64,000 nt of DNA, taken from NCBI RefSeq assembly GCF_000281045.1, contig NW_008246070.1, positions 1,286,193 to 1,350,192 of the forward strand, given 5' to 3'. This document shows, in pieces, positions 1 to 13,676 of this stretch. Source of the stretch: Saprolegnia diclina VS20 (Eukaryota). The number at the start of each line of letters is the position of its first letter. Within the stretch, counting starts at the first letter, position 1. A program made the position numbers and the translations under genes. The notes beneath the pieces were generated by a model. It did not search any database and was not told where the DNA came from. It saw only the letters and a list, made by a program, of their open reading frames with translations.

Positions 1-2753
1 CGAGGCTGGTGTTTTGGCCTCAGTCGGAGCAACCTTGACAGCCTCGCCGGTGGTTGTAGTCGTCCGGCGCTCAGTCGAACGACGTTGGTGGTCCACAGGC
101 TTCTCGAAGGTTTTTCTCGTGGCGACGTCCACGTCTGGCTTGGATACCTCCCGCTCGCTGGACGACTTTGTGTCAAGCGAGCCAGCGGCGTTGTGGTCGC
201 TTGTACTAGATACACCGTTCGACCGAGACGACTCTGCGTGCATCCGCGGCTCGGTCGGAGGAAGCGGCGGCGGCAGCGGTGGCGAAATGGCACTTGGGCG
301 GCGCCTGTCGTCGCGGCGGGTATAGTCCACCGGCTCGGTGCGCTGCATGCGGTCACTCCCAGGCCGCAACGGCACGCCTTGCTGCAACCGGCGCTGTCTA
401 TCGAGTGAGCGGCTACGGTCACGCCCGGTCGAGGGCCGTCGCGACACGGGGTCGCGTCGTCGGGGGGATCGCGGCGGCGCGTCGGGGCGAAACCCGCCGT
501 TCACTGCTGCGTCTAAAAGCCGCCGCGGCTCGGGCTGCGGCCGATCCGGCTCGCGACGCAGCAGCTTCTTCTCGACCGGCGGCGGCTTGACCGCATACAT
601 GTTGTCTTGACGTTCGCACTTGGCGCCCGCATCATCTTGGAACCGGCGCAGCGCTTCGTTCGCGTCGTCCTCCGAGAAGTAATGCACGTACATGGCCGTG
701 GGCTTCATCTGCTGCAGATCGCGCTTCCCCGACGCTGTGAGCTCGATCGAGGGTTTTCGGCCGTCGATCGCGAACCGGTCGGCGCACGTTTTGGCAAAGT
801 CCGAGCACTTGTCCTTCATGTTGAAGCCAAACCCAGCGCTCTTTTGCTCCATGCGCATGTGGCGGAAGAGCACCGTGACGCGCCGACGCTCCGAGAGTGG
901 CATGAACGTCGTCTTGTAGAGCTTGGTTTGGAGGAACACGCGGTTCTCCGTCTGAAGCTCGACGAGGGACCCATACGGATCGTTTGTCTGCCGCTGCATC
1001 TGCGCTGCGGTATGGGCCGAGAGCGCGCGCGGCGGCATCGGGCAGGTTAGGTCGATGCCGTAGAACGACGGCGGTCGCTCGAGAAACTCCTTCATCGGCA
1101 CGCTTCGACCGAGCGACTTTTTCTCTGCAAAGATCTCGTCATTCTCCTCAATGACCGCATACGGTCGGCCCCGCATTATGGGCGTGAGCGCGCGCAAGAT
1201 CGAGCTGACCTAACACAATGATTCCATGAGCCATGAAGACCCGATCGGCAGGTCTGTACTTGGCGGCAGTCCTTGAAAAACTTGCGGTCGACGCCGCTGT
1301 ACGTCAGAAACGAGACGGGCGGCTTGGTGGGGGTCGGCGGCCGGGCTTTTGGTGCTGACACCGAGGGCACACTTGTGAGTGGCTTGGCCGACGGCGTCGC
1401 TGGCGTCGTTGGCGTTGTCCGCAGCGACGGTTTCTTCGGAATGCGGAAATCCAGCACCGGGGGCGCGTCACCGACCTCGCCCGGCTCCTTCTCGGCGTCG
1501 CTCGGACCTTTGCCCGGTGGCAGCGGCGGCAGCACCGTCGTCGTCTTTGGAATGACAAAGTTGTCGGCGTCCAGCGAGAGCGGCGGTGGCTTCCCTTCCG
1601 ACGTCGGCGTCGTCTTTGGCCGCGCCGTCGGCGTGCCGCCCAGTGTTGAGCGCGGTCGCAGACTTGGCGTACCACCGGGCGTCGGTCGTGCCCGCATTCG
1701 CGGTGTGTCTCCTGGCGTCGGGCGCGGCGGGTACGTCGGCGTGTCCCGGGGCGTCATCTTGGGCTTTGGAAGCACAGCGTGGTCGTCGACCAGCGAGAGC
1801 GGTGACGGCTTGGACCGGTCGTCCATTTTCGCACGAAAGTTGGGCGTCGCAATCCCCTTTGTACTCTGCGGGCTTGGCGCGGGCGCTTCTTCGATGACCT
1901 CGCCCGACTCGTCGAGAAAGTCGGTCGTGTCGATTGCTGCGCTCGAAGCGTCTTCGTCCGTGGGACACGGCGACGCGGTCTGGATGCGTCGAGCAGTCGA
2001 TGGAGACGCCGGAATGGAGGACGGGGTCCCAAGCTTGGCAGGAGCTTGCTCTGACTTGGGCGTCGGCAAGGCGGCAGGGACGGGAGATGATGCGACAATC
2101 GAACTTGCCTTCGGCTCGTACACAGAGCGGACGTCCGTCGAAGCGCTTGACGAGGCGTGTGGAACGTCCCGAGACGGTTGAGACGCTTTCGTTCGCAGCA
2201 TCGTCATGGGCATCCCGTCGTTGAGAGGCGTCAGTCCGGTCCCAGGGAATTCGCTTTGTGCAGAGAGGGCTTGCTCCCGAGGGCGCTTCTTCACAGGATC
2301 GTCGCATTCGGAGCGCTTCCGTTTGACGCGATCCTTCGAGACCTCATCGCGCGAGCTCTTGCGCGACTCGCCCGAAGCCGATTTGGCTTGCTTCCTGTGC
2401 TTCTTCTCGTCCGACGTCCGCTTCTTCCTGCGCTCGTTGTGGTCGCTGTCCCCATCGCTCTCGGCGGTCTTGGCGCGCGCCTTCTTCGGCTTCTTATGCT
2501 TGGCCTCGTCTCGTCGGCGCGACGTCGTTTTCCTGCGCTCGTTGGACTCGCTTCCTTCGCTTGAGCAACTCGAGGCCCTGGTCTTCCGCTGCGGCTTCGT
2601 CCCGCGCGGGACCTCGCGGACCGCCGGTGGTGGCGACGGCGACGCTCGTGCAGCCGGCGGCTGGACCACTTCATCGTCGGAGCTCTCATCGTCGTCATTG
2701 GCCAGCATCATCTTGAGCTTAGAGGCGTGCTGAGCGTTCATGCTGCCGGCCAT
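1..2753 (-). CDS. Large low-complexity (K/R/S/P-rich) protein with a possible degenerate RRM; 3' end runs off the window
   Basis: ORF 2753-1260 splices (GT..AG intron 1259-1210) into an open frame that continues to base 1 (VSSILRALTP...VTVLFRHMRM...AMYVHYFSEDDANEALRRF...RDRSRSLDR). AT-rich promoter-like DNA at 2810-2910. Confidence 0.7.
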
Positions 2754-3450
2754 GGTCGGTCTTCCGTCGGCCGCTCACTCACCAACCCGCGAGAGGATTG
2801 ATGTTATAGCTCACTCGTGATTTTAATACATTGACAGGTCCAATTCATTTAAATATACACGCTAAACTAGTTTGTTGTATACATACATGAATTCTCGCTT
2901 TTAATTCATTCGAAACTGCGACCCGCCGGGGCACGAACGCGAGCGCCCAGCCATCCCAGCGCATGGACTGTGGGCCGATCTCGAGCACATCAGCAAGTTA
3001 TACCCAGCCATTTCACGAGAGAAAGCGTTGTACTAAGTGCGTTAATCTACTCCACCAATGTCAAACGCCCACTGCAGCGCTCGGTTGAGCGCTCGACGCC
3101 AACGGTCCAACCCTAAGTTGCGTGGAAATAGAGTATCCGCCACCACACGCCACATGGCCATCGTGCCCCGGGGCACGCAAATGGCCGGGGCGCCAAGAAT
3201 CCTCTGTCGCAAAGTTCCGACCTGCCGCTGTTCTCGACGGCGAGCCAGCCTCGTCGCCATAGCTACTTGGCCATGAAGCGCTGGATGACCTTGATGTTGT
3301 TGCTGCTATACATGGAGAGCATGGAGAGCTGCGGTGGTTTCACGTAGGGTGAAAGGCAAGGCTATAATTACGCGCTCATGCGTGTCACTTTTCGGTGTAG
3401 TTAGTTGGGCTTTCTCCATCAAGCCACGAGACTTTCGGCAACGACTAGCA

Positions 3451-5742
3451 ATGGGGTGCTGCGGCGGCAAAGAAGATGTGCTGCCCGACGGCTCGGGCGG
3501 CGTCGTGCCCAACTCGACGCGCAAGTGTCGGGACGTGCTCTGCTGCCTGCTCTTCCTCCTCTTTTGGATCGGCATGGCCATCCTCGCGATCCTCGGCGTC
3601 TCCAACGGCGAGCCGCAGAGCCTCATTTACGGCACGGACTTTAACGGCTCGGTGTGCGGCACGGGTGACTCGAACGCGAGCCTCATCTACTACCCGCGCA
3701 TGACGCAGGACATGCTGACGCAGTCGGCCAAAGGCATCCAGCCGCTCGACATGAAGTTCTTTGGGCTCTGCGTCTCGGCGTGCCCGAGCATGGGCGATTA
3801 CATTTGCACGTACGCGACCGAGGCGTCGATTCGCGCGGCCAACCCGGGCGCCAACGCCACGACGCTCAACTCAGCGCGCAAGAAGCGTGCGAGCAGCTTC
3901 TCGACGACGACGACCGACTGCTGGCTCGTGCCACTGCCGTCCGAGGTCGTCGCGTTCCGCTGCCTTCCGCTCAGCATCGCCTCGGGCAACTCGACTGTGA
4001 TTTGCATCCAGCCGGGCAATTCCCCCGAGTACTACAAGACCGTCAAGGGGGTCCAAGTGCCCAACGACAAGTGCGAAGTGTCGCAGACCATCACGGTCAC
4101 GGCGACAATCGGCGAGGCCAACTCGGACCCGGTCATGGACAAGCTCCAAACGACCGTGGCCATGATCGGTCGGTTCGTCGGCGACATTCAAAAGACGTAT
4201 GCGCCCGTGCTCTTGATCTGCGGCGTCGGCTCCCTCGTCCTCGGCTGGCTCTTTCTCTTCTTCATGCGCTGCTGCGCGGGCTGCGTCATCTGGCTCACGC
4301 TCTTCATCGTGCAAGTCGTGCTCGCAGGCCTCTCGCTTTTCTTCCTACTCAAAGGCGGCATCATCTACTCGAGCGACATTAGCGCTCTCACGACGCAAAT
4401 CAACGCGATTCCCAGTGGTGAAAGCCTCTCAGCGTCGCTGAGCGTCGCCGACTCCAACATCAAAGTGTACCAAGCGGCGGCGGTCATTTCCATCGTCTTG
4501 ACCGTTGTCATGCTGCTCATTGTGTGTTTTATGCGCAAGCGCATTCAAATTGCGATCGGCATCATCCGCGAAGCGTCCCGGACGATCCAGTGCATGCCAC
4601 TTCTCGTATGCTTCCCCGTCGTCCCCGCCATCACCTCGATTCTGCTCTTCATCTACACGACGATCATTGGCGCCTACATTTACAGCGCCGACGGCAACCT
4701 TGCGCTGCCGTCCTCGCTCGCGAGCGCGCTCCCCGGCAACGTACATCGTCGTTTCCAGTGTTATGGCTCATGACGTTTCTTGTAGGCGTCGGCGTCTGTG
4801 ACGGCGAGCTGGGACGCGGAGCTGACCGCGTCAACGTCCGCTGTCGAGCCGAGCCAGCGCATGCACATTATGATCGCATACCATATCTTTGGCTTTCTCT
4901 GGACCAACCAAGTGATCCAGGCCGTCTCGATGACGACGATTGCCGGCGCCGTGTGCAAATACTACTGGAGCCGCAACCACTCGGCGGCCGAGATGGGCCG
5001 GTTCCCCGTCGCATCGAGTTTTCAAAATTGCTTTCGGTATCACTTTGGGTCGCTCGCGTTTGGCGCGTTCCTCATCGCGGTCGTCCAGTTTCTTCGCCTC
5101 GTGCTCATGTACATTGACAAGCAGACCAAGTCGCTCCAGCAGTCCAACCTCGCGATCAAAGTCGCCATGAAGGTCGTCGGCTGCTGCCTCTGGTGCCTCG
5201 AAAAGTGTATCAAGTTCATCTCCAAGAACGCGTACATCCTCGTGGCCATGAAGGGCCGGTCGTTCTGCTCGTCCACGAAAGAAGCGTTCATGCTTATCTT
5301 TGCCAACATGGCCCAAGTCGCGATGACGAGCACGATCGTCAACCTCGTCGCGTTTGTGGCGGTTGTCGCTATTAGCGTTGGGTGCGCCCTCGGGCTCTTT
5401 CTCTACTTGGACCACAACATGGACTTTGCGACGGGCGGCAGCAAGGAGCTCAACTCGCTGTTTCCTCCGTGCATCATTGGCGGCATCCTCGCGTGGTTCG
5501 TCGGCTCGTCCTTCATTGGCGTCTACGAGATGTGCGTCGACACGATCTTGCTTTGCTTTTGCGAGGACCGGCGCATCAATAAGGAGAGCGGCCAGTACTA
5601 CATGAGCGCCGAGCTCCAAGCCTTTGTGGACAAGAACACCAAGAAGAAGAAGAAGACAAAAGGGGTCGCGGACGAAGGCGGCAACAACAAGACGGCCCCC
5701 GACGAGCTCCCGGTTAACGCCGACGGCTCGGTTGACGTCTAA
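3451..5742 (+). CDS. Choline transporter-like protein (CTL/SLC44 family)
   Basis: Starts MGCCGGK. Motifs RKCRDVLCCLLF, CVSACP, RYHFGSLAFGAFLIA, CCLWCLEKCIKFISKNAYI, VYEMCVDTILLCFCED. One intron at 4741-4785. Confidence 0.93.
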
Positions 5743-5837
5743 GGAAGCGGCTTGGAAAGCGCTCGAGCGAGCGCGTTTGTACATGGACGACGAATACTAC
5801 ATGGTGATTCTGTGTGTCTTTTCTTGTCCATTTGGCG

Positions 5838-7924
5838 CTATTGCAGTGGCAGGACCGTCCGAGACCACGGCAGGCGAAATACGATCTTATCGTTGTCGAC
5901 GCCCACCCACGACGCTGACGTGGCATCCCATACAGCCACGGCCAGTGCCTCGGTCGAGAGAACGTCGCGCATTCCTGTGCAGTCCTAGAACACAGGTAAC
6001 GCGGGATGGCAAGAGGCAAGAGTAGTACCTGCACCAGCGTACCGCGGGCACTCGAGACGAGCACGCTGTCTCCGCTTGTCGCAAGAAAATGCGTGTCTGA
6101 AGCAACCTCCGACTGGCGCACGCAGTGCAATGACCACGTCGCCAAGTCGATAGCAAACTCCATTACATGGTGCTGCGTCATGAGAAGGATCGTCCCGTAG
6201 TCCTCGAAGGAACCAAGACCCACGACCTATACAACGTGAATGAGGACCATGACTCGTCTCTCAACGAACATGTCGGGAAGCAAGCATTGAATCGGAGACG
6301 ACGCTGAGCGACGTGAGCGATAAGACGTCATAGACCGTCACAACGTCACGGTGCGCCGTCACAACAAGCTACGTCAACATGGAAACGTGGAAACAAATCC
6401 GCAATGTTGACGAGCACGCACATGATCCGTGACGCACACGTGCTCAACCGGCGCTGCCACCAGCGTGGTCTGGACAATGGCGTCGTCCGTAGCGTCATAG
6501 AGCTCGAGGGCCGCGCCACCGTCCACCGAGGACGACGCCAGTAGCACCATTGTCACGCGGGGGCCCGCGTCGCCTTTCCTTCGGGTTCGAACGACGGCGT
6601 CGAGGCGAGGGCATGCCGGCGACGTGTCCATCGTGCGTGCACTGCCCGACGTCGAGACGAGCCACAAGGCAGCGCTCTCAAGGCCGCACAGCACGTGCTA
6701 CGCACCAGTATCATGCAACCAAAGCATCTACGATTCGCAAACGTACCGTCGAGTCGGACAGAAAAGTGAAGTGGACAATCCGTGACGGACACGGTGTCAG
6801 CGCGGGCACGTCGACGACAGCCAAGGGGTGTGTCGCGCAAAGGACAAGCTCGTGCTCGGTGCCGGCAACCGCAAGATACTTGTGATTGGGCGAAAGCGCG
6901 AGCGCGCGAGGCGCGTCACGCATCGAGAGCGCCAAGGATGTTGCCTCGACAGTACCGTCGCTTGTCACGCTGGATGAGGACGGTGGCGACTCGAGCAAGT
7001 GCTCAGAATACTGCTTGTGCGTCTCGATCTGCAAAAGCTGGCGCAGCTCGAGGCTCGACGCTTCGGCGCGCTTGATCTTGTCGTACGCTAACTTCATATC
7101 GAGGCTACGCCAACGCATTACATAAACGTGGAGCGAGGTCGAGCATGCACCGCAACTGGTGGCACTCGGCGCGCGACGACTCGAGCTGGAGACGCAGCGT
7201 GGGCTCTTCTGTCTGTGCGATTTGAAACGCGAGGAGCTTGGGCAGCGGGATGCCCTGAAAGACGGTTGCGAGAAAGTTGCGCAGCGTCAGCGCCAAGTTG
7301 TCGATCCACTCGGCCGAGAAGAAATCCTAGCGCAAGAAGTATGCACCAGTGTCAAGAAGATGACCCGACGTACGCGAAAGTAGGGGTCGGATTCGGGCTG
7401 GCTCATGTAGGGTAGCATGAACCACGGCTGCCACCCCGCGCTCTCGGCGTTCGAATGCCGGTGCGTCGACGCATACTGCTTGAAGAACGCAATCGCCTTG
7501 TCTGGTTGACCCGACTGCACCACGTGTACGATGTAGCTACGCTCGAGCGCTGTGCGAAGGCGCGCTATCGCCTAGTAGGACGAGCATGAGCTACCCGTCG
7601 CTTTGCGTCATGCGACCGAGCCAAAGGCGCTGTCGAGGTGGCAGAAGAAGCGCGCATCGAGAAAGTTCCAGAGGTCCATGAGTCGCTCGAGGTCCGCGTT
7701 CTTGATGTGCAGGAAGATTTGATGCACGAGCTTGTCGACGTCGAGGCCTTCACACCGGTCCTTCTTGCGCTCCTGGGCAAACGTCTGGAACGTCTACGGG
7801 CGTGGATACATGGACCGCCAACGAGGAAGACGGCGGGTACCTTTGTGAAGCCTCGGAAGAGGAGGTACTCGAGCACGAGCTCGTCCACGTTGGCGAGGAG
7901 GAATGGGACTTCCGGCCGAGCCAT
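5838..7924 (-). CDS. WDR91: WD repeat-containing protein 91-like (LisH N-terminus, coiled coil, degenerate WD40)
   Basis: VDELVLEYLLFRGFTK, WFMLPYMSQPESDPYF and LTLRNFLATVFQGIPLPKLL match the WDR91 N-terminal region. Multi-exon; last exon ends ...RTVLPLQ* at 5838. Internal exon boundaries are approximate. Confidence 0.8.
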
Positions 7925-8468
7925 GCTGCTGTTGCGTGCGAGGATCCGCTGCTGGCAATTGGTAACGCTCTGCCCTGATTGGCCAAATATTCGACCCCAG
8001 CGTGGTCATCTGATTGGTCCATTTATTATCCGGATACGAGGGCTTGGCGCGAAATTCCGCACCACCCTTGGAGACCAAGAACGCAGAGGTCTTCTTGAAT
8101 GGAGGACAACCTGTCGTAGAAGACAATCGATGGAAGGTTCTTCCACAAAGTTGGCGTCACCCACCCGTGGGGATGAGTCCCAGCGACATGTTTGAGTAAA
8201 CGACTACGCTTGGGGCCACATAAGCGAGTTCTTATTGTGAATGCAGTTTGACAAGGTGGCGCAGCTCCGTTGATCTGGAAGCTGTCGACAACATGTGACC
8301 AGCACGATCGAAAGCTCTCATATACATGTAGTTATCCCTTGATGTGGCCTCTTGACTCTTTTCGGTGCAGAGACGCCAGCTGGCGACGATCAAGCTTGGA
8401 TCTTTGCACAAGATCTTGATGGGTGTGAAGTACGACCCGTTCGGTAAAGTGCGAATCGAATCGAAACC

Positions 8469-9464
8469 ATGTTCGTCGCTTTCGCCCGTCTCGCGGTCGC
8501 CCGCGCGTCCTCTTCCGCGGTCCGCCGCCATGTCCTTCGCCGCCCCGCCATGGCGCGCCTGTTCGCCTCGGGCGGCAACGACAGCGTAACATCCAACACG
8601 TCGCGCTTCTTGAAGCTGGCCGACCAGATCGAGGAGGACGATGCAATCGAGCTCGACGATGGCGACGAGGTCGTGACCGCCGTCGACCCGCAGGACGAGT
8701 TCTTTGTCGACTTGAACCCAGGCGGCGTAGGCCTGAGCGAGCGCGACGACAAGCGCATCTTCGACCTCTTTATGGAGAACCCGCTCGTCAACACGATCAA
8801 GAAGCTCTCGACGGACAACCGCGTGTCGGTCGAGCGCATTGAAGCCACGATTGTCTTCCAGGGTCTTGAGCGTGGCGCCACGATTGAAGAGCTCCGCGAA
8901 AAGGTGTTTGCCCTGAAGAAGGCCAAGGCGACGGAGCAAGCGGCGCCAGCAACCGAGACGACGGGCTTGAAGGCCAAGGGCCGCGGCAAAAAGTCGATTG
9001 AAGAGATTGCTTTGGACGACGCTGGGCATGCCAAGAGCATACACGACGAAGACATGACAGAGGCCGACTTCATGACGAACGAAGAGTGGGAAGAGTACAA
9101 CAAGGAAGACAAAATTCGTGAACCCGACTTCATCTACCTCAGCGACGAGCACGATGAGCTGCCGCCGCTGCACCGTCAATATGGCAAGCGCAATCTTTCG
9201 GACCAGCTCTCGGTCGCCGAAGCCAAGGTGCTGCAGGCTGGCGCCGTCAAGAACACAGTGACGCTGCTTCCGAGTTTTGCCAAGTCGCTCAACCCGACGG
9301 GCAAGTGGAAGATTGCGATCAAGGACATCTCGACAAAGCGGGCACCGCTGTACATGCGCGATACGGATGGGACGCTGCGTCTCGCGACCGATGACGAAGT
9401 CGTCAAGCGCTCGTGGGTCAAGCGCCCGTCGTACTTCCAGGGCTTTGACAAGTACGTCTCGTAG
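8469..9464 (+). CDS. Mitochondrial small-subunit ribosomal protein mS45/Bot1-like
   Basis: R/A/S-rich presequence (MFVAFARLAVARASSSAVRRH). Helical motif LSERDDKRIFDLF..NTIKKLSTDNRVSVERIEATIVFQ resembles the Bot1p/mS45 domain. Intronless, 331 aa. Confidence 0.6.
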   Translation: MFVAFARLAVARASSSAVRRHVLRRPAMARLFASGGNDSVTSNTSRFLKLADQIEEDDAIELDDGDEVVTAVDPQDEFFVDLNPGGVGLSERDDKRIFDLFMENPLVNTIKKLSTDNRVSVERIEATIVFQGLERGATIEELREKVFALKKAKATEQAAPATETTGLKAKGRGKKSIEEIALDDAGHAKSIHDEDMTEADFMTNEEWEEYNKEDKIREPDFIYLSDEHDELPPLHRQYGKRNLSDQLSVAEAKVLQAGAVKNTVTLLPSFAKSLNPTGKWKIAIKDISTKRAPLYMRDTDGTLRLATDDEVVKRSWVKRPSYFQGFDKYVS

Positions 9465-10223
9465 GCCACCTCCACTTGTATATATAGTTGTGTAAACTAA
9501 CTGACGTCTGTTGTACATTGAGCAATGGCGTGATTCGCCACTTAGCCGCATAGGACAGGTAGCGCTCGGGGCCAAACAAAATACCGTTGGACGTGACGAA
9601 AAGCCGAGTGCATGGGAGGTCGTCGCTTGGGTACGCAATGCAACGAACCACAAGTTCCCGTGGACTGCATCCGACCGAGCATGATTGGACGCACCTGGGT
9701 GTATCCCATGGGGCAGATGGAACGCTCCGAGGAAAGCGTCCGAGGATCGGGAATGGCCGCCACAAACCGCGCCGCCTCCGCCAACTCACATGCGCAGCAC
9801 TTGCTGGTACCTCCTCGCAGCCCATACGTTCTTTCTGTCGGTGGGCCATGGCAATCGACGCGATGCAGATTGCATCCGGTCGACGCTACGCTGCCATGAT
9901 GATGGTGTTCGTTGAAGGTCGTGGACAGCACGAAGTTTCCTGTGGCCCTCGCAATTCCTCTGTGACATGCCATGACGTGTCGGCCGCCCGTCGCCGCGCC
10001 GTCGTGCGCGCTGGCGGTTGCTTCGGCGGCCAAGGCCATGGCCATGCTGGCGCTGGCAGGCCCAGATCTTCGACGAATTGTCGTCTTCTTCAAGTTGAGG
10101 ATGGTCCACCCACAAGGGTGACGTCGTACCACCCTGTGTCTGGAATAAAAATAGTGTCATTATACTTGGAAAACGTAAGGCAACTTGAACCGTGGTATTT
10201 TTATTGCCGCGATCTTGACCGTG

Positions 10224-10240
10224 TCAGTTGCAAATTTGCC
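10224..10240 (+). promoter_or_regulatory. Oomycete Inr + FPR core promoter element
   Basis: TCAGTTGCAAATTTGCC directly upstream of the ATG at 10251; resembles the oomycete Inr/flanking-promoter-region consensus. Confidence 0.5.
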
Positions 10241-10250
10241 ACGTTCAGCC

Positions 10251-11936
10251 ATGTTCCTCGCCAAGCTCCGCACGCCGATCGCGTCGTCTGCGCTTCGCCG
10301 CGCCTCGACGGCCGCCACGGCCTCGCCGCTGGTCGACGCGGATGACGTGGCGTCGCACGCCGAGGCCATCGAGAAGGACTGCATCATCAAGACGTACAAC
10401 CCGGACGGCGTGCGCACGCAGAAGGGCCTCGTCTTCACGCACGGGAAGGGACCGTACCTCTTTGACTCGCACGGGAAGAAGTACCTCGACTTTTGCTCTG
10501 GTATCGCAGTCAACAACCTCGGCCACGCCGACCCCGAGTGGGCAGCCGCGATCGCCGACCAAGCCACGGTACCGACCGCCGCTCCTGCAACATGGTTCGC
10601 TCATGCATCGAGTGTAGAAAGTATGCCATGTGAGCAACCTCTTCCACTCGGAGCCGCCGCTCAAGCTCGCAAAGAAGCTCGTGGAACACTCGACGTTCGA
10701 CAAGGTCTTCTTCTGCAACTCGGGTAGGCTGTCGGAGACACCAACATCATCCCATCGTGCTGCGAACCATAGGCACGGAAGCTAACGAAGCCGCGTACAA
10801 GTTTGCGCGTCTCCACGGCAACAAGGTGGCCAAGGGCACGTACGTACCTCATCTGCGAGAATCACTACACATTGACGCGCTCGACGATACTAGGCCGCTT
10901 GAAGGGAAGAAGACGCATGTCATTGCCTTCAAGGGCGGCTTCCACGGCCGCTCGTCCGGGTCGCTCTCGCTCACGTACAAGCCGGCGATCCGCGAACCGT
11001 TCTTGCCCCTCGTGCCCAACATTACGTTCGCCGAGTACAACAACCTCGACGACGTCAAGGCGCAGATCTCGGACCACACGTGCGCGATCATCGTCGAGCC
11101 GATTCAGGTACCCCCCAATGTTGTACGAGGCCATGTCACCGAACATGCGGCATTAGGGCGAAGGCGGCGTCATGCCGGCGAAAGCCGACTTTCTCATTGG
11201 CCTCCGCGAGCTCTGCGATGCCCACAACGCTCTCCTCATTTGCGACGAGGTGCAGACGGGCCTCGGCCGGACGGGCAACCTCTTTGGCCACGAGGTGTAC
11301 GGCGTCCAGCCCGACTTGATCACGCTCGCCAAGCCGCTCGCGGGCGGGCTTCCGATTGGCGCTGTCTTGACCAAGGATCACGTCGCGGACGCGGTGACAC
11401 CTGGCAGCCACGGCACGACGTTTGGTGGCAACCCCATCGTGTGCGCGGCTGCCAACGTCGTCATGGACCGCCTCACGTCGCCCAACTTTCTCTTTGTAAT
11501 TGCATGCGAGATGTCGGCGGAAGGAAGGTGATGATGGTGGTGCTGTAGAACGTCCAGAAGATGGGTCGGCTCATGGCGCATGGCTTGAAGGAGCTCCACG
11601 CCAAGCACCCGACCAAGATCAAGGAGATCCGGCTACCCATCGGTACGATCTTGAGAGGTCTTATGGACTTGAATTGCATGCGTACTGTAGGCGAGGCGGG
11701 TTTGTACGCAGGGGTCGAGTGCCACGGCGCAGTGGGCCCGATCGTCAAGGACCTCGTGACGAAGGGCGTGATCACGATCACGGCCGGCGAAAAGTACGTG
11801 ACCGACGACTGATTAGGGTTATGACATCTGACTGTGTAGAGTGCTTCGCTTGTGCCCGCCTCTTGTGATCACCGAGACGGATGTCGCGACGTTCATCAAG
11901 GCGCTCGACGAGAGCTTGGCTGCCCACGCGATGTGA
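10251..11936 (+). CDS. ARG8: Acetylornithine aminotransferase (class III PLP enzyme), mitochondrial presequence
   Basis: [74 protein letters not shown]. About 7 short introns. Confidence 0.93.
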
Positions 11937-12327
11937 GCCGCAACACTAACACCAAAAAATGATGTTTCGAGACAAATCTGTGAGGCGCCAGCACCACTTT
12001 GCAACCCTCGGCGACAGAGCGAGTCTTGCTGCAAACTTCCACGCAAGAAGAACGTCATGACAATCACTCGGAATGTTGTCCTCTTCGTCATCATCGAACC
12101 AAGTCGTGGGAAGCCAGCGAACCAAAACCTAGATATACTACGATGCATCACCGAATAGTAGCTCGCGATCATCACGAGCGAGGACAAGGCATCTTTGCAT
12201 ACTGCTGACGAACCTGGCTTTTTGATTTCTACGCGCAGAATCTAGTGGGGCTAGGGTCCATCAGCCTTTCCGTGTACAAAAGCGAGCCAACGCGGAAACA
12301 TGAGCTCATATTTTGATTACGATTGAA

Positions 12328-13676
12328 ATGCAAGCACCCCGCTGGAACTCTTCGACGAACGTGGCCTCCAAGGCCAAGCCAGGACCGACTACGACGCCCC
12401 GAACAGCACGCGCCACCTCGACGACCTGCACGCGCATGCATCGAGCGATGACAGCGCCGGAAGCTATGGCCGTCCCTGGACGCCATGCCCGCGAGCTCGC
12501 TGCCTTGCGCGCCGAGTACGAAGAACACCTCGCGAGCCTCCGCACCGACTGCCAGATGCAGTTGGCGGCGATGGCCACGACCTTGCGTGCCGAGCACCAA
12601 GCCAACATCGCTGCTGTGACGACCACACTGCAGCAAGAGCACCAAGAAGCCTTGGCAACTACAGCAGCCGCGCTTTGCGAAGAGCACTCGACCAAAGAGA
12701 CGGCTCTGACCTCGCAGCTTGCGATGCTGGCTGCTGAGCGCGACGTCAGCCTCGAGCGCGCTCGCGTGCTCGACACTCGATCGGAGGGCCTGCGCCGCGA
12801 TCTCCACACGCTCGCAAAGCTCAACCACCGTCTCCAGACCACGATTGCCACGACGGCCACGTCACAAAAGTCCATTGCTGCAGCAACCGATGTCATCGCC
12901 ACGAAGTTGGCGGGGGCCAGCAAGGATGACCTCGTCGCTTCGCTCCAAGCAAAGCTCGAGCTCACATCCAGCGACCTTGCGGCGTCCAAGGCGACCGAGG
13001 GCGACAACACGGCCCTCCTTCGCGAAGCCACGAGCCGCATCATGAGCATGGGCGATTGCCTCCATACGCTTCATGCCGACGTGGACGGGCATGCACAACG
13101 GGCGCTCCGTGACTTGTCAGCGATGGACGACGCCTTGGTCTCGCATCCACATCGCATCGATCAACTTGTGGGTCAGCTTGCTGTGGCCAAATTCGCCGCC
13201 TGCAGCGCCCAGCTCGTTCATGAAGCGACGATTCAGAGCAAAGACGAGACCATTTGCCGCCTCAACATCGACCTTGTCGACTGCGTCGAGCAAACCAAGA
13301 TGCACAAAGGGATCGTGGACCAGCTCCAGCGCGACATGGTCACGAAGGACGAGCTCCTGACAACGCGCGACGACCAAGTTCGCCATCTCCTATTGCAGCT
13401 TGACGATGTCAAAGCCCAGCTGTCGGCTACAACAACGGCCAATCCCGACCCACGCACCGGTCAAGTTGTATCCATACCAGCCACAGAAAAGCTCACTCGA
13501 GCACTTCAACTCGCTCGAAACAAGATCCAAGCCACAGTCACCGAGTGCCGGGAAACCCTGGCGATCAAAGAAACGTCGCTCGGTCGCCACGAAGACACGT
13601 ACGATGTGCGCCACCACCACCCGCGTATTTCGGTCCATCGAGTCAACACGGTAGCGCCACGGCGATGCTAGCATAA
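12328..13676 (+). CDS. Coiled-coil protein of unknown function
   Basis: 452-codon open frame with long heptad-rich helices (ELAALRAEYEEHLASLRTDCQMQL...). Start and 3' exon are uncertain (probable donor at 13599). Confidence 0.65.
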
